A DNA stretch of 64,000 bases from Pseudomonadota bacterium (GTDB lineage Bacteria; Bdellovibrionota_F; JAHFAK01; JBDREC01), in the NCBI GenBank assembly GCA_043820105.1, contig JBDREC010000028.1:1-64000 (forward strand), in the 5' to 3' direction. Every line of letters begins with the position of its first letter. The stretch's first letter is position 1. Below are positions 18,555-27,338 of the stretch, one piece after another. A program made the translations under genes and the position numbers. The notes below the pieces were generated by a model. It had not been told where the DNA came from. It saw only the letters and a list, made by a program, of their open reading frames with translations, and did not search any database.

Positions 18555-18690
18555 AGCTGTAAGCTGTAAGTAGTAAGCTGTAAGTTTTGTATTCTGTATT
18601 CAGTATTTAGTATTCTGTTAAAATAAAACTGAATACTGAATACCGAATACTAAATACCACTTAAGGCTTATAGCTTAAAGCTTAAAGCTT
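18555..18690. repeat. Nested inverted heptamer arrays (outer AGCTGTA/TTAAAGC, inner GTATTCA/TGAATAC)
   Basis: Outer arms 18555-18585 and 18659-18690; inner arms 18589-18617 and 18628-18657. Confidence 0.9.
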
Positions 18691-19671
18691 TACTTTTCGT
18701 ATTTTTCTAAAATCAAACCAATGATCTAAAATACCTATTAATATTACAATTAAATAATGTAAAAACATTACTATATATGACAAAATTCTAAAAAATAAAG
18801 AAAATTTCCACTTTTTTATATAAAAAGTGCAAATTGACAAACCCTGGAAAAAATAAATAACAGCAGCAAAAATAACAATATTGTAACCAAGGCGACTAAT
18901 AAACTCTATATCCAATAGCCATTGCAATGAAAAAATAAACATACATGAAATAACAAGCCAAATCATATAATCCGGATAAGTAATATTTCTCAAGTTTTCC
19001 TCTGTAAATAACTTTTCTTTTGGCTCCATATTTTCACTAAATTTCAAGAATATTAGAGAAATCAATGAATGTCTTTGATCAAATTTGCTACAAACAACTG
19101 AGTAAAATATAGATAAATTCAACCAGAGAATAAACGCTGTTATTGCAAAAATCAAGGAAGGTGCTATTTTAACTAGAAAACTAATATTTTCTTTAATTGA
19201 GTTCACAAGGACTGAGTTATTATTAGCATTTGATGTGGCATCAATCAATACTCTTGTTATTGACATGGAAATCAACTCATCATAACTCATGTTTAAAAAA
19301 AGCATTACAATAAACTGAAATCCCATAAAAATAACGTACAATATCACTAAGGAAACGGCTAAGCTCCTTACAAAAGAAGAATATCTTTTTATTGTCTCTA
19401 AAAGTAAAAAGCTTGGCAAAAAACCAAAAAAGAAAAACGAAATTAAAAACAAACCATATGATTCTGAATTAATAAGAAAATAAAAAATAAAAGCTACAGC
19501 AATAAAGATAATTAGCTGTAAAGACCGTGCGCTTTCCTTTCTAAAGCCAAACATTAGAAAGGGTAATGGGATCAAAAAATTAAGACCAACAAACTGAACA
19601 AAAAATATCCTAAAGATTGTTAGGAGAATATCCTTTATGAGCAGTTTTTTTGATATAATTAATTGATTCAT
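18682..19671 (-). CDS. YybS/DUF2232 family membrane protein
   Basis: Polytopic, YFFQGLS and GILD.WFDFRK motifs, conserved position between rpsR and rplI. Confidence 0.85.
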   Translation of the reverse strand: MNQLIISKKLLIKDILLTIFRIFFVQFVGLNFLIPLPFLMFGFRKESARSLQLIIFIAVAFIFYFLINSESYGLFLISFFFFGFLPSFLLLETIKRYSSFVRSLAVSLVILYVIFMGFQFIVMLFLNMSYDELISMSITRVLIDATSNANNNSVLVNSIKENISFLVKIAPSLIFAITAFILWLNLSIFYSVVCSKFDQRHSLISLIFLKFSENMEPKEKLFTEENLRNITYPDYMIWLVISCMFIFSLQWLLDIEFISRLGYNIVIFAAVIYFFQGLSICTFYIKKWKFSLFFRILSYIVMFLHYLIVILIGILDHWFDFRKIRKVKL

Positions 19672-19727
19672 TAGTTTAATTTTTTATAGTTAATATGATA
19701 AAATTATTTTCGTGATAGAATTCAAAA

Positions 19728-20009
19728 TTAAAATTGATTTGCAAGTGCTGTAACAGAAGTATAAGGCAGAAGTGCCAAGTTTCTTGCTCTTTTTATCGCT
19801 AATTTAACCTCTCTCTGATGTTTAGCACAGTTGCCAGAAATTCTACTCGGTATAATTTTACTTCTTTCTGTTATAAATACTTGTAAGGCTTCTGGTTCTT
19901 TATAATCAATCTTAGCAGACTTATCTACACAAAATCTACATACTTTCTTTTTTATTTTAACATTTTTATTAAATTTGCTTCTTCCATTATTATTTCTACG
20001 ATTAAACAT
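19728..20009 (-). CDS. rpsR: 30S ribosomal protein bS18 (Zn-ligand form)
   Basis: [36 protein letters not shown]. Confidence 0.97.
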   Translation of the reverse strand: MFNRRNNNGRSKFNKNVKIKKKVCRFCVDKSAKIDYKEPEALQVFITERSKIIPSRISGNCAKHQREVKLAIKRARNLALLPYTSVTALANQF

Positions 20010-20061
20010 TTTCTAATCCTTTTAAATTTTGTATTGAATTTATAAATTAAAAATTATTATT

Positions 20062-20532
20062 TTACTCTTCTACTTTTTCTGTATCTACTACTTCTACAGT
20101 TTCATTAAGTGTTTCTTCAGAATCTCTTTCTTTTGTTTCAATAGTTTTTTCTGAAAGTTCTGCTTCAGAAGAATCTTTAGTTTCAGTATCAGTTTCTTCA
20201 TCATAATGTGTTTCAGTTGCAGCTTCTAATTTTGCAAGGTCTACATCTTTATTTAAGATAATTGTTTGATATAATAAAACATTATCATCCATGCCAAACA
20301 TACTGTTTAATTTCTCAATTGTTGTTGATTGAGTAAAGTATTTATAATAATAATAATGACCTTTTAAAAAACCTTTTACTTCAAAGGCAAACTTTCTTTT
20401 TCCCATATCATCAATTTTAATCATTCTACCTTTATTTGTTTTAAGGATTTTTTTGACCTTATCTTTAATACCTGAAATAGTATCATACTGAAGATCTGTT
20501 TTTGTTACAAAAATTGTTTCGTATTCTCTCAT
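20062..20532 (-). CDS. rpsF: 30S ribosomal protein bS6 with long acidic tail
   Basis: MREYETIF, GKRKFAFEVK..G.Y; upstream of rpsR. Confidence 0.9.
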   Translation of the reverse strand: MREYETIFVTKTDLQYDTISGIKDKVKKILKTNKGRMIKIDDMGKRKFAFEVKGFLKGHYYYYKYFTQSTTIEKLNSMFGMDDNVLLYQTIILNKDVDLAKLEAATETHYDEETDTETKDSSEAELSEKTIETKERDSEETLNETVEVVDTEKVEE

Positions 20533-20653
20533 GCTAATCTACCTACCTATATTAAAATTTTTAATTTACTTTCTAAAAAGTCTGCCTTCTCTAATAAGAT
20601 TTTTTAAAAATATCAACCATTTTCTTTAATAAAACTCTTTTTTTTCCCTTTAT

Positions 20654-22678
20654 TTAGATGGAAATGATTGGAGCAATAACTAAAGCAACAACTGACATTA
20701 ATTTTATTAGAATATTCATTGAAGGACCTGATGTATCTTTAAAAGGATCTCCAACAGTATCACCAACTACAGAAGCCTTATGAGCATCAGAACCCTTGCC
20801 ACCTAACTGTCCGGTTTCAATGTATTTTTTGGCATTATCCCAAGCGCCACCAGCATTTGACATGAAAAGAGCAAGTAAAACTCCAGTAACTGTTGCTCCT
20901 GCTAACAAGCCACCCAAAGCTTCAGCTTTGAAAATTAGACCTACTACAACAGGTACTAAAACAGCCATAGCACCAGGAATCATCATTTCTTTTAAAGCAG
21001 CGTTAGTGCTTATAGCAATACATCTTTCATGATCAGGATCAGCTGTGCCTTCCATAATTCCAGGAATATCTCTAAACTGTCTCCTAACTTCTTCAACCAT
21101 TTTAAAAGCAGCTCTTCCAACTGCTGACATTGTTAAAGAGCCAAAGAAAAACGGTAATAATCCACCAATAAATAAACCAACTACAACAATAGGTTTTCTA
21201 ATATCTATAACTTCAAGACCTACTGCTGTTGAATATGCAGAAAATAATGCAAGTGCAGTTAAGGCAGCTGAGCCAATTGCAAAGCCTTTGCCAATAGCTG
21301 CTGTTGTATTTCCAATTGCATCTAAACTATCAGTTATCTTTCTTGTCTCAGGTCCAAGGCCCGCCATTTCTGAAATTCCGCCTGCGTTATCAGCAATAGG
21401 ACCATAGGCATCAACGGACATTGTAACACCTACTGTTGCAAGCATACCAACAGCTGCCATACCTATTCCATATAATCCACAATAGTTATATGCCACAAGA
21501 ATTGCAAAGCAAATCATTAATAGTGGCATAACAACTGATTCCATACCAACTGCAATTCCAGTAATAATATTAGTTGCTGGTCCTGTTTTGCTTGCATTGA
21601 CAATTCTGTGAATTGGAGCTCCGGAAGTATAATATTCTGATAAAAGACCAATTATAATTCCTGATATACAACCTATAGTTATTGCCCAAAAAGGACCCAT
21701 GGCAACGTAGCTTTCACCAACTGGAAATTTAAAATTCATTAAATCAACAATGAAATATGATAGAACTATTAATAAACCAGCAGATACAAAAGTAACGTAT
21801 CTTAAAGCTGCTGCTGGATTTAATTTCTTAAATACTTGCATTGAAGCAACTCCTAGAATTGAGCAAAGAAGTCCTACAACAATAACAATTAAAGGAAGCA
21901 CAATTGCTTCAACACGTGATAAAGCGTAAGCTGATGCTGTTGCACCAATCACAATTGATGAGATTGTAGCACCAACATAACTTTCAAAAATATCGGCTCC
22001 CATACCTGCAGTATCACCAACGTTATCACCTACATTGTCAGCAATAGTTGCTGGGTTTCTTGGATCATCTTCAGGAATTCCTGCTTCAACTTTACCAACA
22101 AGATCTGCTCCAACATCTGCTGCTTTGGTGAAAATTCCACCACCAACCCTGGCGAAAAGTGCAATTGAGCTGGCTCCCATTGCAAAACCACCAATATATT
22201 TTGAAAGATTTGGATCATTTTTAAATATTAAGTATAATACTGCAATTCCCAAAAGGCCCAAACTTGCAACAGAAAGACCCATTACAGCCCCACCATTAAA
22301 AGCAATCAATAAAGCTGAATCCTTACCTTCTGTAGCCGCTGCTTGGCTTGTTCTAACATTAGCTCTGGTTGCAGCTTTCATGCCAAAGAAACCAGCAAGC
22401 ATTGATGAAATTGCACCAAATAAAAATGCACAAGCTGTGTAAAAACTAATAAACCCTGATAATAAAGCGAACACCACTAAAACAAAAACAAAGATAATTG
22501 AATATTCTTTTTTCAGAAATACCATGGCGCCTTCATGAATAGCATCTGAAAGCTTAATCATTTTTTCAGTACCTCTTGATTTCTTAACTATTCCCACATA
22601 AATAATCAAAGCAGAAATCAAACCAACAAGTGCTACAAATGGAGCGATTGTTGCTAAGGACATTACACATTGTAACAT
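20654..22678 (-). CDS. hppA: Membrane-integral pyrophosphatase, K+-dependent, probably Na+-translocating
   Basis: [26 protein letters not shown] (Ala form, K+-dependent), [20 protein letters not shown]. Confidence 0.93.
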   Translation of the reverse strand: MLQCVMSLATIAPFVALVGLISALIIYVGIVKKSRGTEKMIKLSDAIHEGAMVFLKKEYSIIFVFVLVVFALLSGFISFYTACAFLFGAISSMLAGFFGMKAATRANVRTSQAAATEGKDSALLIAFNGGAVMGLSVASLGLLGIAVLYLIFKNDPNLSKYIGGFAMGASSIALFARVGGGIFTKAADVGADLVGKVEAGIPEDDPRNPATIADNVGDNVGDTAGMGADIFESYVGATISSIVIGATASAYALSRVEAIVLPLIVIVVGLLCSILGVASMQVFKKLNPAAALRYVTFVSAGLLIVLSYFIVDLMNFKFPVGESYVAMGPFWAITIGCISGIIIGLLSEYYTSGAPIHRIVNASKTGPATNIITGIAVGMESVVMPLLMICFAILVAYNYCGLYGIGMAAVGMLATVGVTMSVDAYGPIADNAGGISEMAGLGPETRKITDSLDAIGNTTAAIGKGFAIGSAALTALALFSAYSTAVGLEVIDIRKPIVVVGLFIGGLLPFFFGSLTMSAVGRAAFKMVEEVRRQFRDIPGIMEGTADPDHERCIAISTNAALKEMMIPGAMAVLVPVVVGLIFKAEALGGLLAGATVTGVLLALFMSNAGGAWDNAKKYIETGQLGGKGSDAHKASVVGDTVGDPFKDTSGPSMNILIKLMSVVALVIAPIISI

Positions 22679-22695
22679 TTAGTACTCCTTTTTTT

Positions 22696-22762
22696 TAAGT
22701 CGTAAGTCCTAAGTCGTAAGTGGTAAGAAAACTTAACACCTACACATTACTACCTAAAACTT
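22696..22762. repeat. TAAGTCG-type array with degenerate inverted arm between pth and hppA
   Basis: TAAGTCG TAAGTCC TAAGTCG TAAGTGG TAAG ... CTTAACACCTACACATTACTACCTAA. Confidence 0.8.
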
Positions 22763-23315
22763 AATTATATTTATTCATAGCTATTTTCAAACCATCAACC
22801 ATCAATGATTCTATAGCTTCACAACTTCTTTCAATAATTTCGTCAAGTAAATTAAATTGCTCCTGGGAAAATTTTCCAAGTACGTAACTTGATAGATCCA
22901 TTCTATCGTCACGAGAAACTCCAATTCTTAATCTATAGAATTCTCTGCTTCCCAAGTGCTCAATAATTGATTTAAGGCCATTGTGGCCTCCATCTCCTCC
23001 ACCAAGCTTCAGCTTTATACGTCCAAATTCCAAGTCTGCATCATCATGAATAACAACTAAATCATCAATATCAGATTTAAAGAAATTAAGAAATGAGACA
23101 ATAGAATAACCACTTTTATTCATATATGTCTGAGGTTTTACTAATATACTTTGACAATTCGCAATTTCTAAACGGGAATATTGTGAAGAAAACTTTTCTT
23201 TGTTTATTTCAATTTTATGTTTTATTGCTAAATTATCGGCAATGATGAAACCGATATTGTGCCTTGTAGTTTCGTATTTTAAACCGGGATTTCCTAATCC
23301 TGCGATAATTCTCAA
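22761..23315 (-). CDS. pth: Peptidyl-tRNA hydrolase
   Basis: GLGNPG..Y..TRHNIG, KPQTYMN.SG, HDD.DL, GGHNGLKSI. Confidence 0.96.
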   Translation of the reverse strand: MRIIAGLGNPGLKYETTRHNIGFIIADNLAIKHKIEINKEKFSSQYSRLEIANCQSILVKPQTYMNKSGYSIVSFLNFFKSDIDDLVVIHDDADLEFGRIKLKLGGGDGGHNGLKSIIEHLGSREFYRLRIGVSRDDRMDLSSYVLGKFSQEQFNLLDEIIERSCEAIESLMVDGLKIAMNKYN

Positions 23316-23342
23316 AATAAAAGTCCTATTTTATTCCGAACC

Positions 23343-24017
23343 CTACTTATTATCAGCGCCTGCATCTTTTTTGCCTTCAACTTCAACTGCTTTAGCTTCG
23401 CCTTCTTCATCTGCTGCACTTTCTCCACCTTCTCCGGCAAATTTAGAAACTTCTTTTGCAGGAGTAGCAATTGAAATAATAGAAATGTTATCAGTTGATT
23501 CAAATTCGCAGCCATTAGGTTTTTTAATGTCATTAAGATGAAGAATGTCACCCATTTTAAGATTTGTAACATCTAGTTCTATGGCACTTGGAATGTTTTC
23601 TGGAAGACAAACAACCTTTAAAGACCTAAAAATTTCGTGTAAGATTCCACCTTCTGTTAGGCCAATCGCTTTTCCAACAATCTTTGTTGCTACAGTAACA
23701 GTGATTTTCTTATTGCTCTGGATTTCAACTAAATCTGCATGAACCCATTTTCTTGAAATCGGGGCTTTTTGAATTTCTTTAATAAGTGCGAAACGACCTT
23801 CAACTTCATTGCTTTCTTTACAATGTAATCTTAATAAAGTGTTTTCACCAGTTTCAGTAGAAAGTGCATCATACAATTCTTTTGGATCTATTGAAAGAAG
23901 AATGTTGGAATCCTTTCCGTAGTAAACAGTTGGAATTAATCCATCTCTTCTTATTGCTCTTGAAAAATTCTTTCCAGCATTTTTTCTTAATGTAACGTTT
24001 AACTCTGAATGTGCCAT
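23343..24017 (-). CDS. rplY: 50S ribosomal protein bL25 / Ctc (long form)
   Basis: RAIRRDGLIPTVYYG, HADL, GGIL..C.P..IP; ATG at 24017 follows AAGAGGT. Confidence 0.92.
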   Translation of the reverse strand: MAHSELNVTLRKNAGKNFSRAIRRDGLIPTVYYGKDSNILLSIDPKELYDALSTETGENTLLRLHCKESNEVEGRFALIKEIQKAPISRKWVHADLVEIQSNKKITVTVATKIVGKAIGLTEGGILHEIFRSLKVVCLPENIPSAIELDVTNLKMGDILHLNDIKKPNGCEFESTDNISIISIATPAKEVSKFAGEGGESAADEEGEAKAVEVEGKKDAGADNK

Positions 24018-24031
24018 TGATGACCTCTTTT

Positions 24032-24118
24032 TGCGTATGGCGTACAGTGTGCAGCGTACAGGGTTTAATAATTTAACTAAAGATAAACACTGTACTCTAA
24101 ACACCAAACGCTAAGCGT
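24032..24118. repeat. Degenerate inverted GCGTACA-type heptamer arrays between tRNA-Gln and rplY
   Basis: GCGTATG GCGTACA GTGTGCA GCGTACA GGG ... CACTGTA CTCTAAA CACCAAA CGCTAAG CG. Confidence 0.7.
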
Positions 24119-24131
24119 TTTATTTTAAAAA

Positions 24132-24203
24132 CTGGGGCGGGAGGATTCGAACCTCCAAATGCAGGTACCAAAAACCTGTGACTTGCCGTTTGTCGACGCC
24201 CCA
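24132..24203 (-). tRNA. tRNA-Gln (anticodon TTG), CCA not encoded
   Basis: TGGGGCG/CGCCCCA acceptor stem, CAGGT-TTTTGGT-ACCTG anticodon arm, GGAGG-TTCGAAT-CCTCC T arm. Confidence 0.95.
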
Positions 24204-24214
24204 TTATTCAGTTA

Positions 24215-24396
24215 TAAGTCGTAAGTCGTAAGTCGTAAGTCGTAAGTCGTAAGTCGTAAGTCGTAAGTCGTAAGTCGTAAGTCGTAAGTCATAAGGAGTA
24301 AGTATTTTTACTGTTTATTAAACGATAAAAAATACACTTACCACTTACCACTTACCACTTACCACTTACGACTTACCACTTACCACTTACCACTTA
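24215..24396. repeat. (TAAGTCG)x10+ and inverted (CACTTAC)x~9 arrays between spoVG and tRNA-Gln
   Basis: 24215-24304 and 24335-24396 around a ~30-nt AT spacer. Confidence 0.95.
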
Positions 24397-24398
24397 AT

Positions 24399-24707
24399 TT
24401 ATACACTAGTCCTAAATTCAGGATTATCTTCTTGTATTACAAATTCTGCACTTGAATCAACTTCTTTTCGATATTGTTCAAGAATTTTGCCTTCCATTTT
24501 ATCTCTAGTCTCTGTATTTAATGGATGAGCCATATCTCTATAAGTTCCATCTTTTCTTTTCTTGGAAGGCATAGCAACAAACAATCCATTATTACCATTA
24601 ATAACTTTTAAATCTCTAATAATAAAACAATCGTCAAATACTACTGAAACATAAGCTTTTAATCTTTCTTCTGCTACTGGAAATACTCTTACTTCTGTGA
24701 TATCCAT
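24399..24707 (-). CDS. spoVG: Septation regulator / nucleic-acid-binding protein SpoVG
   Basis: M.ITEVRV, LKAYVSVVFD, GLFVAMPSKK, D.AHPLN. Confidence 0.95.
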   Translation of the reverse strand: MDITEVRVFPVAEERLKAYVSVVFDDCFIIRDLKVINGNNGLFVAMPSKKRKDGTYRDMAHPLNTETRDKMEGKILEQYRKEVDSSAEFVIQEDNPEFRTSV

Positions 24708-24764
24708 ATTATCTTCTTCCTATCAATTCGAGTTAATATTTTTTTTTGAAAGATCTTAATAAAA

Positions 24765-25664
24765 CTAAAAGGTTGAGGTCTTATACAATAAAAGACCATT
24801 ACATTCTTTCAAGTTCTTAAAGGCTTTATTAAGACTTGTTTCATCTCTAAATATCCCAAAAACCACAGATCCAGATCCAGTCATTAAAGAAGTTATAGCC
24901 CTATTCTCAATCAGCAGAGACTTTAAATCCTTGATTTGAGAATATTCATTAATAACAGCTTTTTCAAGATCATTTGACATAAAGTCTTTAATTAACTTTG
25001 TGCCAATATCAGAATTTAATAACCTATCTGAATCATAGTTAAATTCAGAAATCCCCCTAAAAAACCTGGTGTAACTACCATCGCAATTTGATTTTGTCAA
25101 CTTTAAATTTAATGAAGTATAAGCAAATTTTGTGTCTATAGAAAAATTTGGTTTTACCAATAAAATTTTCAACTTAGACAAAAATTCTATCTTTTTTATC
25201 TCATCTCCAATGCCCGTAATAATAGAGGGTTTGCAGCCGATAAAAAATGGAACATCTGCTCCAAGTAAAGCTCCAAGATTAATTAATTCATTATTAGATA
25301 AATTTAGCTTAAATTCTTCATTTATTTTTTTTATTGTAATAGCACAATTGGAACTTCCACCACCAAGCCCTGCTCCTAAAGGAATATTTTTATTTAATTT
25401 AATATTGGCCCCAATATTTAAACTAAGTTTCTCATTAATCAGTTTTATTGCTTTACAAATTAAATTGTTATCATTTGTAAGTTCAGGAAATTCAGGGCAT
25501 TCAATTTTAATTTTTCCATTTTCATTAAATTCAAAATTCAACTCATCATGCAAATCAATTGGCACAAATAAAGACTTAATATTATGATAACCATCATAGC
25601 GCTTGTTAAGAATATCAAGGCGAAAGTTAAGCTTAGCGTAAGATTTTACAATATTATATATCAT
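24765..25664 (-). CDS. ispE: 4-(cytidine 5'-diphospho)-2-C-methyl-D-erythritol kinase
   Basis: AKLN..L.I..KR.DGYH, KNIPLGAGLGGGSSN, LGADVPFF, MTGSGS. Confidence 0.95.
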   Translation of the reverse strand: MIYNIVKSYAKLNFRLDILNKRYDGYHNIKSLFVPIDLHDELNFEFNENGKIKIECPEFPELTNDNNLICKAIKLINEKLSLNIGANIKLNKNIPLGAGLGGGSSNCAITIKKINEEFKLNLSNNELINLGALLGADVPFFIGCKPSIITGIGDEIKKIEFLSKLKILLVKPNFSIDTKFAYTSLNLKLTKSNCDGSYTRFFRGISEFNYDSDRLLNSDIGTKLIKDFMSNDLEKAVINEYSQIKDLKSLLIENRAITSLMTGSGSVVFGIFRDETSLNKAFKNLKECNGLLLYKTSTF

Positions 25665-25721
25665 AGCAGAAAAGTTATTAATGCTTTATACTACAAGTAT
25701 CAAGCTTTTTCTAAATTACTA

Positions 25722-25836
25722 CATTTATTTTCTATATAAAAAATAGATAATGGAATATGTTATGCGAATTGTTAAGTGCTGAACCTCATTTACATTTAAA
25801 TATTGGCCCGATTTCCTTTTCTAAAATCAGGCAAGT
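25722..25836. repeat. Collapsed copy of the 33.8-34.3 kb palindrome pair
   Basis: 25733-25808 matches 33995-34070 (2 mismatches); 25807-25836 matches 34289-34318; 25722-25731 matches 33778-33787. Confidence 0.9.
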
Positions 25837-25995
25837 GCGACAATCGCGATAATTTTTATTGCTTTTTTTTTATTACTTTATATAATTTGTCCTTCAAATG
25901 GGCTAATCAAATTCCTTTTCCAAGGTTTAATTATGTAAATTTGCATAAACTCAAGCTTTATATATCTATAATTTTAAGATTTTTGGGAGGATAAA

Positions 25996-27327
25996 ATGGC
26001 GATGATTAAGGGGTCAAGGGGACATTGGAGTGGTAAAATGGGATTTATTTTAGCAGCAGCAGGCTCTGCGATCGGTCTTGGAAACATATGGAAGTTTCCT
26101 TATATGACTGGAGTTTCAGGTGGAGGTGCTTTTGTTTTAATATATCTTGTCTCTATTTTAATAATAGGTATGCCAATTATGATGGCAGAAATAATGATTG
26201 GTAGGCATACGCAAAAAGATCCAATTGGAGCATTTAAAAGCTTAAAATCTGGGCCTTATTGGCTAATAGGCGCTATGGGTATTCTTACCACTATTATAAT
26301 CCTATCTTTTTATAGTGTTGTTGCTGGTTGGTCTATTCACTTTTTATATGAAGCTATTTTTGGATTTTCTGGAAGTGATGCAAGTATTCAAAATATTTTT
26401 TCAAACCTTTACGCTAGTGGTTTAAAATCAAGTCTTTGGCATACTGTTTTCATGCTTATGGTTGTTGGGATTGTGCTGGGTGGCGTAAAAAATGGTATTG
26501 AAAAATGGAATAAAATATTAATGCCGTCTCTATTTATTATCCTTATCATATTGATGATATATTCACTTACTTTGGATGGGGCCCCTAAAGCACTTTCATT
26601 TTTATTTAAACCTGACTTTTCTAAAATCACTCCTCAAATAGTCTTAGATGCCCTTGGTCAGGCATTTTTCACACTTTCTTTGGGTGTATGTATGATGGTA
26701 ACCTATGGGTCTTATTTAAATAAAGATTCAAACTTACCTACTGCTACTCTTACAATTACAGCTCTTGACACTATGATTGCATTGATTGCTGGAATAGTTA
26801 TTTTTCCAATAGTTTTTACATTTAATGTTGAACCCACTCAGGGACCAGGTCTTATTTTCTGCACACTTCCAGTATTGTTTGCAAAAATGCCAGGTGGTTA
26901 TATTATAGCCATTGCTTTTTTCACCTTACTATTGTTTGCTGCTTTAACTTCAGGGATCTCCTTATTGGAAGTCTCTGTTTCCTACTTAATTGATGAAAAA
27001 AAATTCTCCAGAAAAAAGGCAACCTTATCAGCTGGAATCGCAGTTTACATTTTAGGTTTTTTATCAGCCTGGCCAGAAATCAAAATCGGAAAAACTACTT
27101 TTTTTGATATCTTTGATAAACTTGCCACAAATATTACGATGCCGCTAGGAGGTTTATTAATTACACTCTTTGCTGGATGGTTTATTTCAAAACAAATAAA
27201 GCAAGATAATTTACCAAAAGTTTTCTCTTCTTTAGGGCTTGATATCTGGAATTTTTTAATTAAATATATTACTCCGGCTTTTGTTTTTATCATTTTTATT
27301 GCAAAATTGTATGAATTAATTTTTTAA
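25996..27327 (+). CDS. Sodium-dependent transporter, NSS/SNF family
   Basis: GFILAAAGSAIGLGNIWKFPY, GGGAF, GQAFFTLS, GPGL.F. Confidence 0.93.
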   Translation: MAMIKGSRGHWSGKMGFILAAAGSAIGLGNIWKFPYMTGVSGGGAFVLIYLVSILIIGMPIMMAEIMIGRHTQKDPIGAFKSLKSGPYWLIGAMGILTTIIILSFYSVVAGWSIHFLYEAIFGFSGSDASIQNIFSNLYASGLKSSLWHTVFMLMVVGIVLGGVKNGIEKWNKILMPSLFIILIILMIYSLTLDGAPKALSFLFKPDFSKITPQIVLDALGQAFFTLSLGVCMMVTYGSYLNKDSNLPTATLTITALDTMIALIAGIVIFPIVFTFNVEPTQGPGLIFCTLPVLFAKMPGGYIIAIAFFTLLLFAALTSGISLLEVSVSYLIDEKKFSRKKATLSAGIAVYILGFLSAWPEIKIGKTTFFDIFDKLATNITMPLGGLLITLFAGWFISKQIKQDNLPKVFSSLGLDIWNFLIKYITPAFVFIIFIAKLYELIF

Positions 27328-27338
27328 TTGAAAGTAAT

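Noticed and set aside
20062-20230. Long acidic tail of bS6 as a novel domain
   Set aside because: Acidic low-complexity C-terminal tails are common in bS6
20796-22442. Plus-strand ORFs antisense to hppA and similar shadow ORFs throughout
   Set aside because: Fully antisense to well-supported genes with no recognisable motifs
24018-24107. N-terminal extension of rplY in the ORF track
   Set aside because: Runs through the GCGTACA array; ATG at 24017 has a good RBS and matches the family start
24215-24396. Tandem arrays as a CRISPR array
   Set aside because: Units are 7-8 nt and contiguous with no unique spacers; no cas genes in the window
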